Source of the DNA: Eledone cirrhosa | Taxonomy: Eukaryota | Direction of reading: 5' to 3' | DNA length: 64,000 nucleotides | NCBI GenBank assembly: GCA_964016885.1 | Contig: OZ024743.1 | Location: 130,324,001 to 130,388,000, forward strand | Shown here: positions 41,901-57,000 of the stretch, piece by piece | How positions within the stretch are numbered: position 1 is the first letter of the stretch | Layout of the letters: every line of letters begins with the position of its first letter | Notes under the pieces: model-generated | What the model was told of the DNA's origin: nothing | Seen by the model: the letters and a program-made list of their open reading frames with translations, nothing else | The model's database searches: none | Position numbers and translations under genes: made by a program

Positions 41901-44900
41901 GCACCAAGCACCAAACACCAAACACCAAGCACCAAGTACCAAACACCAAACACCAAGCACCAAACACCAAAGAGCAAACGCAAAAAAGCAAACGCCAAAC
42001 CCCATACGCCAAACAGCAAATGCCAAACCCCAAACGCCAAACAGCAAACGCCAAGCACCAAACACCAAACACCAAGCACCAAGCGCCAAACACCAAGCAC
42101 CAAGCACCAAGCACCAAACACCAAACACCAAACACCAAGCGCCAAACACCAAACACCAAACACCTAGCACCAATCACCAATCACCAAACACCAAGCACCA
42201 AACACCAAGCACCAAGCACCAAGCACCAAGCACCAAGCACCAAACACCAATCACCAAGCCCCAAGCACCAAACACCAAGCACCAAGCACCAAACACCATA
42301 CACCAAGCACCAAGCACCAAACACCAAAAACCAATCACCAAGCACCAAAGAGCAAACGCCAAGCCCCAAGCACCAAACACCAAACACCAAACACCAAACA
42401 GCAAACACTAAACACCAAACACCAAACAGCAAACACGAAACACCAAATAGCAAACACCAAACACCAACCAGGAAACACCAAACAGCAAACACCAAACAGC
42501 AAACGCCAAACAGCAAACATAAACACCAAACACCAAACACCAAGCACCAAGCACCAAGCACAAAACACCAAGCAACAAGCGCCAAGCACCAAACGCCAAA
42601 CACCAAACACCAAACAGCAAACACCAATCACCAAACACCAAACACCAAACACCAAACAGCAAACACGAAACAGCAAACACCAAACAGTAAACACCAAACA
42701 GCAAACACCAAACAGCAAACACCAAACACCAAACACCAAACACCAAGCACCAAGCACCAAACACCAAGCACCAAGCAACAAGCACCAATCACCAAGCACC
42801 AAGCACTAAACACCAAACACCTAGCACCAAGCACCAAGCACCAAACACCAAGCACCAAGCACCAAGCACCAAGCACCAAACACCAAGCACCAAAGACCAA
42901 GCCCCAAATACCAAGCACCAAGCACCAAACACCAGTCACCAGGCACCAAGCACCAAACACCAACAACCAAGCACCAAGCACTAAACACCAAACACCAAGC
43001 ACCAAGCACCAAACACCAAACACCAAGCACCAAGTACCAAACTCCAAACACCAAACACCAAGCACCAAGCACCAAATCCCAAGCACCAAACACCAGGCAC
43101 CAATCACCAAACACCAAACACCAAGCACCAAGCACCAAACACCCAAAACCAAGCACCAAGCACCAAGCACCAAACACCAAACACTGAACACCAAGTACCA
43201 AGCACCAAGCGCCAAAGACCAAACACCAAGCACCAAGCACGAAACACCAAGCACCAAGCACCGAGCACCAAACACCAAGTACCAGGCACCAATCAACAAA
43301 CACCAAGCACCAAGCACCAAATACCAGACAGCAAGCACCAAGCACCAAACACCAAACACCAAGCACCAAACACCAAACACCTAGCACCAAGCACCAAGCA
43401 CCGAATCCCAAGCACCAAACACCAAGCACCAAGCACCAAGCACCAAGCACCAAGCACCAAACACCAATCACCAAGCCCGAAGCACCAAACACGAAGCACC
43501 AAGCACCAAACACCAAACACCAAGCACCATGCACCCAGAACCAAGCACCAAGCACCAAACACCAAACACCAAGCACCAAGCACCAATCACCAAACACCAA
43601 GCACCAAGCACCAAGCACCAAGCACCAAACACCATACACCAAGCACCAAGCACCAAACACCAAAAACCAATCACCAAGCACCAAAGAGCAAACACCAAGC
43701 CCCAAGCACCAAACACCAAACACCAAACACCAAACAGCAAACACTAAACACCAAACACCAAACAGCAAACACGAAACACCAAATAGCAAACACCAAACAC
43801 CAACCAGGAAACACCAAACAGCAAACACCAAACAGCAAGCACCAAACAGCAAACATAAACACCAAACACCAAACACCAAGCACCAAGCACCAAGCACAAA
43901 ACACCAAGCAACAAGCGCCAAGCACCAAACGCCAAACACCAAACACCAAACAGCAAACACCAATCACCAAACACCAGACTCCAAACACCAAACAGCAAAC
44001 ACCAAACACCAAACAGCAAACACCAAACACCAAACACCAAACAGCAAACACGAAACAGCAAACACCAAACAGTAAACACCAAACAGCAAACACCAAACAG
44101 CAAACACCAAACACCAAACACCAAACACCAAGCACCAAGCACCAAACACCAAGCACCAAGCAACAAGCACCAATCACCAAGCACCAAGCACTAAACACCA
44201 AACACCTAGCACCAAGCACCAAGCACCAAACACCAAGCACCAAGCACCAAGCACCAAGCACCAAACACCAAGCACCAAAGACCAAGCCCCAAATACCAAG
44301 CACCAAGCACCAAACACCAGTCACCAGGCACCAAGCACCAAACACCAACAACCAAGCACCAAGCACTAAACTCCAAACACCAAACACCAAGCACCAAGCA
44401 CCAAATCCCAAGCACCAAACACCAAGCACCAATCACCAAACACCAAACACCAAACACCAAGCACCAAGCACCAAACACCCAAAACCAAGCACCAAGCACC
44501 AAGCACCAAACACCAAACACTGAACACCAAGTACCAAGCACCAAACACCAAGCACCAAGCGCCAAAGACCAAACACCAAGCACCAAGCACGAAACACCAA
44601 GCACCAAGCACCGAGCACCAAACACCAAGTACCAGGCACCAATCAACAAACACCAAGCACCAAGCACCAAATACCAGACACCAAGCACCAAACACCAAAC
44701 ACCAAGCACCAAGCACCAAACACCAAGCACCAAGCGCCAAACACCAAACACCAAGCACCAAGCACCAAACACCAAGCACCAACCACCAAGCACCAAACAC
44801 CAAGCACCAAGCACCAAACACCAAGCACCAATCACCAAACAGCAAACACCAAGCACCAAACACCAAACACCAAGCACCAAGCACCAAACACCAAGCACCA

Positions 44901-46300
44901 AGCACCAAACACCAAGCACCAAGCACCAAACACCAAACACCAAACACCAAATAGCAAACACTAAACACCAAACACCAAACAGCAAACACAAAACACCAAA
45001 TAGCAAATACCAAACAGCAAACACCAAACACCAAACAGCAAACACCAAACACCAACCAGGAAACACCAAACACCAAGCACCAAACACCAAGCACCAAGCC
45101 CCAAGCACCAAACACCAAGCACCAAGCACCAAACACCAAGCACCAAGCACCATGCACCAAACACCAAGCACCAAGCACCAAACAGCAAACACCAAACAGC
45201 AAACACCAAACACCAAACACCAACCAGCAAACACCAAGCACCAAACACCAAACACCAAGCACCAAGCACCAAACACCAAACACCAAGCACCAAGCACCAC
45301 ACACCAAATACCAAGCACCAAGCACTAAACACCAAACACCAAGCACCAAGCACCAAGCATCAAGCACCAAGCACCAAACACCAACCACCAAGCACCAAGC
45401 ACCAAACACAAAACAACAAGTACCAAGCACCAAAGACCAAACACCAAACACCAAACACCAAGCACCAAGCACCAGACACCAAGCACCAAGCACCAAGCAC
45501 CAAGCACCAAAAACCAAGCACCAAGCTCCAAGCACCAAACACCAAGCACCAACCACCAAGCACCAAACACCAAGCACCAGGCACCAAGCACCAAGCACCA
45601 AGCACCAAACACCAAGCACCAAGCACCAAACAGCAAACACCAAGCACCAAACACCAAACACCAAGCACCAAGCAACAAACACCAAACACCAAGCACCAAA
45701 CACCAAGCACCAAGCCCCAAGCACCAAACACCAAGCACCAAGCACCAAACACCAAGCACCAAGCACCAAGCACCATGCACCAAACACCAAGCACCAAGCA
45801 CCAAACAGCAAACACCAAACAGCAAACACAAAACAGCAAACACCAAACAGCAAACACCAAACACCAAACACCAAACAGCAAACGCCAAAAAGCAAACGCC
45901 AAACTCCAAACGCCAAACAGCAAATGCCAAACCCCAAACGCCAAACAGCAAAAGCCAAGCACCAAACACCAAACACCAAGCGCCAAGCACCAAACACCAA
46001 ACACCAAGCACCAAGCACCAAACACCAAACACCAAGCACCAAGTACCAAACACCAAACACCAAGCACCAAACACCAAAGAGCAAACGCAAAAAAGCAAAC
46101 GCCAAACCCCATACGCCAAACAGCAAATGCCAAACCCCAAACGCCAAACAGCAAACGCCAAGCACCAAACACCAAACACCAAGCACCAAGCGCCAAACAC
46201 CAAGCACCAAGCACCAAGCACCAAGCACCAAACACCAAACACCAAGCACCAATCACCAAACACCAAACACCAAGCGCCAAACACCAAACACCAAACACCT
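23900..46300 (+). repeat. Satellite domain B: ~1.35-1.4-kb subunits organised in a ~5.6-kb HOR
   Basis: The hexamer CATAAA lies at 24244, 27120, 28470, 32711, 34061, 38316, 39631, 42518 and 43854. Other markers are CACCAGT-CACCAGG, CCCGAAG, CACTGAA and TACCAGA. ORF offsets are 1350 (26795/28145), 1399 (27423/28822), 5591, 5598, 5570 and 5581. Confidence 0.85.
24622..35786 (+). repeat. Near-perfect 5,591-bp tandem duplication (~24622-30200 and ~30213-35786)
   Basis: The offset is a constant 5591 for ORF pairs from 24830/30421 through 29689/35280. Private variants TAGGAAA (27071/32662) and CAACTAA (29309/34900) share it. 5591 equals 797 heptamers plus 2 hexamers, matching the two CATAAA units per copy. 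Confidence 0.92.
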
Positions 46301-49300
46301 AGCACCAATCACCAATCACCAAACACCAAGCACCAAACACCAAGCACCAAGCACCAAGCACCAAGCACCAAGCACCAAACACCAATCACCAAGCCCCAAG
46401 CACCAAACACCAAGCACCCAGCACCAAACACCAAACACCAAGCACCAAGCACCCAGAACAAAGCACCAAGCACCAAACACCAAGCACCAAGCACCAAGCA
46501 CCAAGCACCAAACACCAATCACCAAGCCCCAAGCACCAAACACCAAGCACCAAGCACCAAACACCAAACACCAAGCACCAAGCACCCAGAACCAAGCACC
46601 AAGCACCAAACACCAAACACCAAGCACCAAGCACCAAACACCAAACACCAAGCACCAAGCACCAAGCACCAAGCACCAAACACCATACACCAAGCACCAA
46701 GGACCAAACACCAAAAACCAATCACCAAGCACCAAAGAGCAAACACCAAGCCCCAAGCACCAAACACCAAACACCAAACACCAAATAGCAAACACTAAAC
46801 ACCAAACACCAAACAGCAAACACAAAACACTAAATAGCGAACACCAAACAGCAAACACCAATCACCAAACACCAAGCACCAAGCACCAAACACCAAACAC
46901 CAAACACCTAGCACCAAGCTCCAAGCACCAAACACCAAGCACCAAACACCAAGCACCAAGCACCAAGCACCAAGCACCAAGCACCAAACACCAATCACCA
47001 AGCCCCAAGCACCAAACACCAAGCACCCAGCACCATACACCAAACACCAAGCACCAAGCACCCAGAACAAAGCACCAAGCACCAAACACCAAACACCAAA
47101 CACCAAACACCAAGCACCAAGCACCAGACACCAAGCACCAAGCACCAAGCACCAAGCACCAAAGACCAAGCACCAAGCTCCAGGCACCAAACACCAAGCA
47201 CCAAACACCAAACACCAAGCACCAAGCACCAAACACCAAGCACCAAGCGCCAAACACCAAACTCCAAGCACCAAGCACCAAACACCAAGCACCAACCACC
47301 AAGCACCAAACACCAAGCACCAGGCACCAAGCACCAAGCACCAAGCACCAAACACCAAGCACCAAGCACCAAACAGCAAACACCAAGCACCAAACACCAA
47401 ACACCAAGCACCAAGCAACAAACACCAAACACCAAGCACCAAACACCAATCACCAAGCCCCAAGCACCAAACACCAAGCACCAAGCACCAAACACCAAGC
47501 ACCAAGCACCAAGCACCATGCACCAAACACCAAGCACCAAGCACCAAACAGCAAACACCAAACAGCAAACACCAAACAGCAAACACCAAACAGCAAACAC
47601 CAAACACCAAACACCAAACAGCAAACGCCAAAAAGCAAACGCCAAACTCCAAACGCCAAACAGCAAATGCCAAACCCCAAACGCCAAACAGCAAACGCCA
47701 AGCACCAAACACCAAACACCAAGCGCCAAGCACCAAACACCAAACACCAAGCACCAAACACCAAACACCAAGCACCAAGCACCAAGCACCAAGCACCAAA
47801 CACCAAACACCAAGCACCAATCACCAAACACCAAACACCAAGCGCCAAACACCAAACACCAAACACCTAGCACCAATCACCAATCACCAAACAGCAAGCA
47901 CCAAACGCCAAGCACCAAGCACCAAGCACCAAGCACCAAGCACCAAACACCAATCACCAAGCCCCAAGCACCAAACACCAAGCACCCAGCACCAAACACC
48001 AAACACCAAGCACCAAGCACCCAGAACAAAGCACCAAGCACCAAACACCAAGCACCAAGCACCAAGCACCAAGCACCAAACACCAATCACCAAGCCCCAA
48101 ACACCAAACACCAAGCACCAAGCACCCAGAACCAAGCACCAAGCACCAAACACCAAACACCAAGCACAAAGCACCAAACACCAAACACCAAGCACCAAGC
48201 ACCAAGCACCAAGCACCAAGCACCAAACACCATACACCAAGCACCAAGGACCAAACACCAAAAACCAATCACCAAGCACCAAAGAGCAAACACCAAGCCC
48301 CAAGCACCAAACACCAAACACCAAACACCAAATAGCAAACACTAAACACCAAACACCAAACAGCAAACACAAAACACCAAATAGCAAACACCAAACAGCA
48401 AACACCAAACACCAAACAGCAAACACCAAACACCAACCAGGAAACACCAACCAGGAAACACCAAACACCAAGCACCAAGCCCCAAGCACCAAACACCAAG
48501 CACCAAGCACCAAACACCAAGCACCAAGCACCAAGCAACAAACACAAAGCACCAATCACCAAGCACCGAGCACCAAACACCAAGCACCAAGCACCAAACA
48601 CCAAGCACCAAACACTAAACACCAAGCACCAAGCACCAATCACCAAACACCAAGCACCAAGCACCAAACACCAAACAGCAAGCACCAAGCACCAAACACC
48701 AAACACCAAGTACCAAGCCCAAAGCACCAAGCACCTAGCAGCAAGCACCAAACACCAAACACCAAGCACCAAGCACCAAGCACCAAGCACCAAGCACCAA
48801 GCACCAAGCACCAAACACCAATCACCAAGCCCCAAGCACCAAACACCAAGCACCAAGCACCAAACACCAAACACCAAGCACCAAGCACCCAGAACCAAGC
48901 ACCAAGCACCAAACACCAAACACCAACCACCAAGCACCAAACACCAAACACCAAGCACCAAGCACCAAGCACCAAGCACCAAACACCAAACACCAAACAC
49001 CAAACACCAAGGACCAATCACCAAACACCAAGCACCAAGCACCAAACACCAAACACCAAACACCTAGCACCAAGCACCAAGCACCAAACACCAAGCACCA
49101 AACACCAAGCACCAAGCACCAAGCACCAAGCACCAAGCACCAAACACCAATCACCAAGCCCCAAGCACCAAACACCAAGCACCCAGCACCATACACCAAA
49201 CACCAAGCACCAAGCACCCAGAACAAAGCACCAAGCACCAAACACCAAACACCAAACACCAAACACCAAGCACCAAGCACCAGACACCAAGCACCAAGCA

Positions 49301-52300
49301 CCAAGCACCAAGCACCAAAGACCAAGCACCAAGCTCCAAGCACCAAACACCAAGCACCAAACACCAAACACCAAGCACCAAGCACCAAACACCAAGCACC
49401 AAGCGCCAAACACCAAACTCCAAGCACCAAGCACCAAACACCAAGCACCAACCACCAAGCACCAAACACCAAGCACCAAGCACCAAGCACCATGCACCAA
49501 ACACCAAGCACCAAGCACCAAACAGCAAACACCAAACAGCAAACACCAAACAGCAAACACCAAACAGCAAACACCAAACACCAAACACCAAACAGCAAAC
49601 GCCAAAAAGCAAACGCCAAACTCCAAACGCCAAACAGCAAATGCCAAACCCCAAACGCCAAACAGCAAACGCCAAGCACCAAACACCAAACACCAAGCGC
49701 CAAGCACCAAACACCAAACACCAAGCACCAAGCACCAAACACCAAGCACCAAGCACCAAGCACCAAGCACCAAACACCAAACACCAAGCACCAATCACCA
49801 AACACCAAACACCAAGCGCCAAACACCAAACACCAAACACCTAGCACCAATCACCAATCACCAAACAGCAAGCACCAAACGCCAAGCACCAAGCACCAAG
49901 CACCAAGCACCAAGCACCAAACACCAATCACCAAGCCCCAAGCACCAAACACCAAGCACCCAGCACCAAACACCAAACACCAAGCACCAAGCACCCAGAA
50001 CAAAGCACCAAGCACCAAACACCAAGCACCAAGCACCAAGCACCAAGCACCAAACACCAATCACCAAGCCCCAAACACCAAACACCAAGCACCAAGCACC
50101 CAGACCCAAGCACCAAGCACCAAACACCAAACACCAAGCACAAAGCACCAAACACCAAACACCAAGCACCAAGCACCAAGCACCAAGCACCAAGCACCAA
50201 ACACCATACACCAAGCACCAAGGACCAAACACCAAAAACCAATCACCAAGCACCAAAGAGCAAACACCAAGCCCCAAGCACCAAACACCAAACACCAAAC
50301 ACCAAATAGCAAACACTAAACACCAAACACCAAACAGCAAACACAAAACACCAAATAGCAAACACCAAACAGCAAACACCAAACACCAAACAGCAAACAC
50401 CAAACACCAACCAGGAAACACCAACCAGGAAACACCAAACACCAAGCACCAAGCCCCAAGCACCAAACACCAAGCACCAAGCACCAAACACCAAGCACCA
50501 AGCACCAAGCAACAAACACAAAGCACCAATCACCAAGCACCGAGCACCAAGCACCAAGCACCAAGCACCAAACACCAAGCACCAAACACTAAACACCAAG
50601 CACCAAGCACCAATCACCAAACACCAAGCACCAAGCACCAAACACCAAACAGCAAGCACCAAGCACCAAACACCAAACACCAAGTACCAAGCCCAAAGCA
50701 CCAAACACCAAGCACCAAGCACCAAACACCAAACACCAAGCACCAAGCACCCAGAACCAAGCACCAAGCACCAAACACCAACCACCAACCACCAAGCACC
50801 AAACACCAAACACCAAGCACCAAGCACCAAGCACCAAGCACCAAACACCAAACACCAAACACCAAACACCAAGGACCAATCACCAAACACCAAGCACCAA
50901 GCACCAAACACCAAACACCAAACACCTAGCACCAAGCACCAAGCACCAAACACCAAGCACCAAACACCAAGCACCAAGCACCAAGCACCAAGCACCAAGC
51001 ACCAAGCACCAAGCACCAAACACCAATCACCAAGCCCCAAGCACCAAACACCAAGCACCAAGCACCAAACACCAAACACCAAGCACCAAGCACCCAGAAC
51101 CAAGCAACAAGCACCAAACACCAAACACCAACCACCAAGCACCAAACACCAAACACCAAGCACCAAGCACCAAGCACCAAGCACCAAACACCAAACACCA
51201 AACACCAAACACCAAGGACCAATCACCAAACACCAAGCACCAAGCACCAAACACCAAACACCAAACACCTAGCACCAAGCACCAAGCACCAAACACCAAG
51301 CACCAAACACCAAGCACCAAGCACCAAGCACCAAGCACCAAGCACCAAACACCAATCACCAAGCCCCAAGCACCAAACACCAAGCACCCAGCACCATACA
51401 CCAAACACCAAGCACCAAGCACCCAGAACAAAGCACCAAGCACCAAACACCAAACACCAAACACCAAACACCAAGCACCAAGCACCAGACACCAAGCACC
51501 AAGCACCAAGCACCAAGCACCAAAGACCAAGCACCAAGCTCCAAGCACCAAACACCAAGCACCAAACACCAAACACCAAGCACCAAGCACCAAACACCAA
51601 GCACCAAGCGCCAAACACCAAACTCCAAGCACCAAACACCAAGCACCAACCACCAAGCACCAAACACCAAGCACCAGGCACCAAGCACCAAGCACCAAGC
51701 ACCAAACACCAAGCACCAAGCACCAAACAGCAAACACCAAGCACCAAACACCAAACACCAAGCACCAAGCAACAAACACCAAACACCAAGCACCAAACAC
51801 CAATCACCAAGCCCCAAGCACCAAACACCAAGCACCAAGCACCAAACACCAAGCACCAAGCACCAAACACCAAACACCAAGCACCAAGCACCAAACACCA
51901 AACAACAAGCACCAAGTACCAAACACCAAACACCAAGCACCAAACACCAAACAGCAAACGCAAAAAAAAAATGCCAAACCCCAAACGCCAATCAGCAAAC
52001 GCCAAGCACCAAACACCAAACACCAAGCGCCAAGCACCAAACACCAAACACCAAGCACCAAGCACCAAACACCAAACACCAAGCACCAAGTACCAAACAC
52101 CAAACACCAAGCACCAAACACCAAACAGCAAACGCAAAAAAGCAAACGCCAAACCCCATACGCCAAACAGCAAATGCCAAACCCCAAATGCCAAACAGCA
52201 AACGCCAAGCACCAAACACCAAACACCAAGCGCCAAGCGCCAAGCACCAAGCACCAAGCACCAAGCACCAAGCACCAAACACCAAACACCAAGCACCAAT

Positions 52301-54000
52301 CACCAAACACCAAACACCAAGCGCCAAACACCAAACACCAAACACCTAGCACCAATCACCAATCACCAAACAGCAAGCACCAAACGCCAAGCACCAAGCA
52401 CCAAGCACCAAGCACCAAGCACCAAACACCAATCACCAAGCCCCAAGCACCAAACACCAAGCACCCAGCACCAAACACCAAACACCAAGCACCAAGCACC
52501 CAGAACAAAGCACCAAGCACCAAACACCAAGCACCAAGCACCAAGCACCAAGCACCAAACACCAATCACCAAGCCCCAAACACCAAACACCAAGCACCAA
52601 GCACCCAGAACCAAGCACCAAGCACCAAACACCAAACACCAAGCACCAAGCACCAAACACCAAACACCAAGCACCAAGCACCAAGCACCAAGCACCAAAC
52701 ACCATACACCAAGCACAAAGGACCAAACACCAAAAACCAATCACCAAGCACCAAAGAGCAAACACCAAGCCCCAAGCACCAAACACCAAACACCAAACAC
52801 CAAATAGCAAACACTAAACACCAAACACCAAACAGCAAACACAAAACACCAAATAGCAAACACCAAACAGCAAACACCAAACACCAAACAGCAAACACCA
52901 AACACCAACCAGGAAACACCAACCAGGAAACACCAAGCACCAAGCCCCAAGCACCAAACACCAAGCACCAAGCACCAAACACCAAGCACCATGCACCAAG
53001 CACCATGCACCAAACACCAAGCACCAAGCACCAAACAGCAAACACCAAACAGTAAACACCAAACACCAAACACCAACCAGCAAACACCAAACACCAAACA
53101 CCAAACAGCAAACACCAAACAGCAAACACCAAACAGCAAACACCAAACACCAAACACCAAACAGCAAACGCCAAAAAGCAAACGCCAAACTCCAAACGCC
53201 AAACAGCAAACGCCAAGGACCAAACACCAAACACCAAGCGCCAAGCACCAAACACCAAACACGAAGCACCAAGTACCACACATCAAACACCGAGCACCAA
53301 ACACCAAACACCAGGCCCAAACACCAAGCACCAATCACCAAGCACCAAGCACCAAGCAACAAACATAAAGCACCAATCACCAAGCACCGAGCACCAAGCA
53401 CCAAGCACCAAGCACCAAACACCAAGCACCAAGCACCAAACACCAAACAGCAAGCACCAAGCACCAAACACCAAACACCAAGTACCAAGCCCAAAGCACC
53501 AAACACCAAGCACCTAGCAGCAAGCCCCAAACACCAAACACCAAGGACCAAGCACCAAGCACCAAGCACCAAGCACCAAGCACCAAGCACCAAACACCAA
53601 TCACCAAGCCCCAAGCACCAAACACCAAGCACCAAGCACCAAACACCAAACACCAAGCACCAAGCACCCAGAACCAAGCACCAAGCACCAAACACCAAAC
53701 ACCAACCACCAAGCACCAAACACCAAACACCAAGCACCAAGCACCTAGCACCAAGCACCAAACACCAAACACCAAACACCAAACACCAAGGACCAATCAC
53801 CAAACACCAAGCACCAAGCACCAAACACCAAACACCAAACACCTAGCACCAAGCACCAAGCACCAAACACCAAGCACCAAACACCAAGCACCAAGCACCA
53901 AGCACCAAGCACCAAGCACCAAACACCAAGCACCAAGCACCCAGAACAAAGCACCAAGCACCAAACACCAAACACCAAGCTCCAAGCACCAAACACCAAA
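46300..54000 (+). repeat. Satellite domain C: overlapping ~2.0-2.5-kb duplications
   Basis: ORF offsets are 1974 (47518/49492, 47877/49851), 2205 (49018/51223) and 2505 (49851/52356). Markers are doubled CACCAAC-CAGGAAA (~48431, ~50405, ~52903) and GACCAAT (~49012, ~50874, ~51217, ~53791). Confidence 0.78.
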
Positions 54001-57000
54001 CACGAAGCACCATGCACCAAGCACCAAGCACCAAACACCAAACACCAAGCACCAAGCACCAAACACCAAACACCAAGCACCAATCACCATACACCAAGCA
54101 CCAAGCACCAAACACCAAACACCAAGCACCAATCACCATACACCTAGCACCAAGCACCAAGCACCAAACACCAAGCACCAAACACCAAGCACCATGCACC
54201 AAGCACCAAGCACCAAGCACCAAACACCAATCACCAAGCCCCAATCACCAAACACCAAGCACCAAGCACCAAACACCAAACACCAAGCACCAAGCACCCA
54301 GAACCAAGCACCAAGCACCAAACACCAAACACAAAGCACCAAGCACCAAACACCAAACACCAAGCACCAAGCACCAAGCACCAAGTACCAAACACCATAC
54401 ACCAAGCACCAAGCACCAAACACCAAAAACCAATCATCAAGCACCAAAGAGCAAACACCAAGCCCCAAGCACCAAACAACAAACACCAAACACCAAAAAG
54501 GAAACACAAAACACCAAATAGCAAACACCAAACACCAACCAGGAAACACCAAACAGCAAACACCAAACAGCAAACGCCAAACAGCAAACACAAACACCAA
54601 ACACCAAACACCAAGCACCAAGCACCAAGCACAAAACACCAAGCACCAAGCGCCAAGCACCAAACACCAAACACCAAACACCAAACAGCAAACACCAATC
54701 ACCAAACACCAGACACCAAACACCAAACAGCAAACACCAAACACCAAACAGCAAACACCAAACACCAAACACCAAACAGCAAACACGAAACAGCAAACAC
54801 CAAACAGCAAACACCAAACAGCAAACACTCAAACAGCAAACAGCAAACACCAAACTCCAAACACCAAGCACCAAGCACCAAACACCAAGCACCAAGCAAC
54901 AAGCACCAATCACCAAGCACCAAGCACTAAACACCAAACACCTAGCACCAAGCACCAAGCACCAAACACCAAGCACCAAGCACCAAGCACCAAACACCAA
55001 GCACCAAAGACCAAGCCCCAAATACCAAGCACCAAGCACCAAACACTAATCACCAGGGACCAAGCACCAAACACCAAGAACCAAGCACCAAGCACTAAAC
55101 ACCAAACACCAAGCACCAAGCACCAAACACCAAACACCAAGCACCAAGTACCAAACTCCAAACACCAAACACCAAGCACCAAGCACCAAATCCCAAGCAC
55201 CAAACACCAAGCACCAATCACCAAACACCAAACACCAAGCGCCAAGCACCAAACACCAAGCACCAAGCACGAAACACCAAGCACCAAGCACCGAGCACCA
55301 AACACCAAGTACCAAGCACCAATCACCAAACACCAAGCACCAAGCACCAAACACCAAACAGCAAGCACCAAGCACCAAGCACCAAACATAAAACAACAAG
55401 TACCAAGCACCAAACACCAAACACCAAACACCAAACACCAAGCACAAAGCACCAAACACCAAACACCAAGCACCAAGCACCAGACACCAAGCACCAAGCA
55501 CCAAGCACCAAGCACCAAAAACCAAGCACCAAGCTCCAAGGACCAAACAACAAGCACCAAACACCAAACACAAAGCACCAAGCACCAAACACCAAACACC
55601 AAGCACCAAGCACCAAACACCATACACCAAGCACCAATCACCAAACACCAAGCACCAAGCGCCAAACACCAAACACCAAACACCTAGCACCAAGCACCAA
55701 GCACCGAACACCAAGCACCAAACACCAAGCACCAAGCACCAAGCACCAAGCACCAAACACCAATCACCAAGCCCCAAGCACCAAACACCAAGCACCAAGA
55801 CCCAAACACCAAACACCAAGCACCATGCACCCAGAACCAAGCACCAAGCACCAAACACCAAACACCAAGCACCAAGCACCAAACACCAAACACCAAGCAC
55901 CAAGCACCAAACACTATACACCAAGCACCAAGCACCAAACACCAAAAAACAATCACCAAGCACCAAAGAGCAAACACCAAGCCCCAAGCACCAAACACCA
56001 AACACCAAACACCAAAAAGCAAACACTAAACACAAAACACCAAACAGCAAACACCAAACACCAAATAGCAAACACCAAACACCAACCAGGAAACAGCAAA
56101 CACCAAACAGCAAACGCCAAACAGCAAACACAAACACCAAACACCAAACACCAAGCACCAAGCACCAAGCACAAAACACCAAGCACCAAGCGCCAAGCAC
56201 CAAACACCAAACACCAAACACCAAACAGCAAACACCAATCACCAAACACCAGACACCAAACACCAAACAGCAAACACCAAACACCAAACAGCAAACACCA
56301 AACACCAAACACCAAACAGCAAACACGAAACAGCAAACACCAAACAGCAAACACCAAACAGCAAACACCAAACAGCAAACAGCAAACACCAAACTCCAAA
56401 CACAAAGCACCAAGCACCAAACTCCAAGCACCAAGCAACAAGCACCAATCACCAAGCACCAAGCACTAAACACCAAACACCTAGCACCAAGCACCAAGCA
56501 CCAAACACCAAGCACCAAGCACCAAGCACCAAACACCAAGCACCAAAGACCAAGCCCCAAATACCAAGCACCAAGCACCAAACACTAATCACCAGGGACC
56601 AAGCACCAAACACCAAGAACCAAGCACCAAGCACTAAACACCAAACACCAAGCACCAAACACGAAACACCAAGCACCAAATACCAAACTCCAAACACCAA
56701 ACACCAAGCACCAAGCACCAAATCCCAAGCACCAAACACCAAGCACCAATCACCAAACACCAAACAGCAAGCACCAAGCACCAAGCACCAAACATAAAAC
56801 AACAAGTACCAAGCACCAAACACCAAACACCAAACACCAAACACCAAGCACAAAGCACCAAACACCAAACACCAAGCACCAAGCACCAGACACCAAGCAC
56901 CAAGCACCAAGCACCAAGCACCAAAAACCAAGCACCAAGCTCCAAGGACCAAACAACAAGCACCAAACACCAAACACAAAGCACCAAGCACCAAACACCA

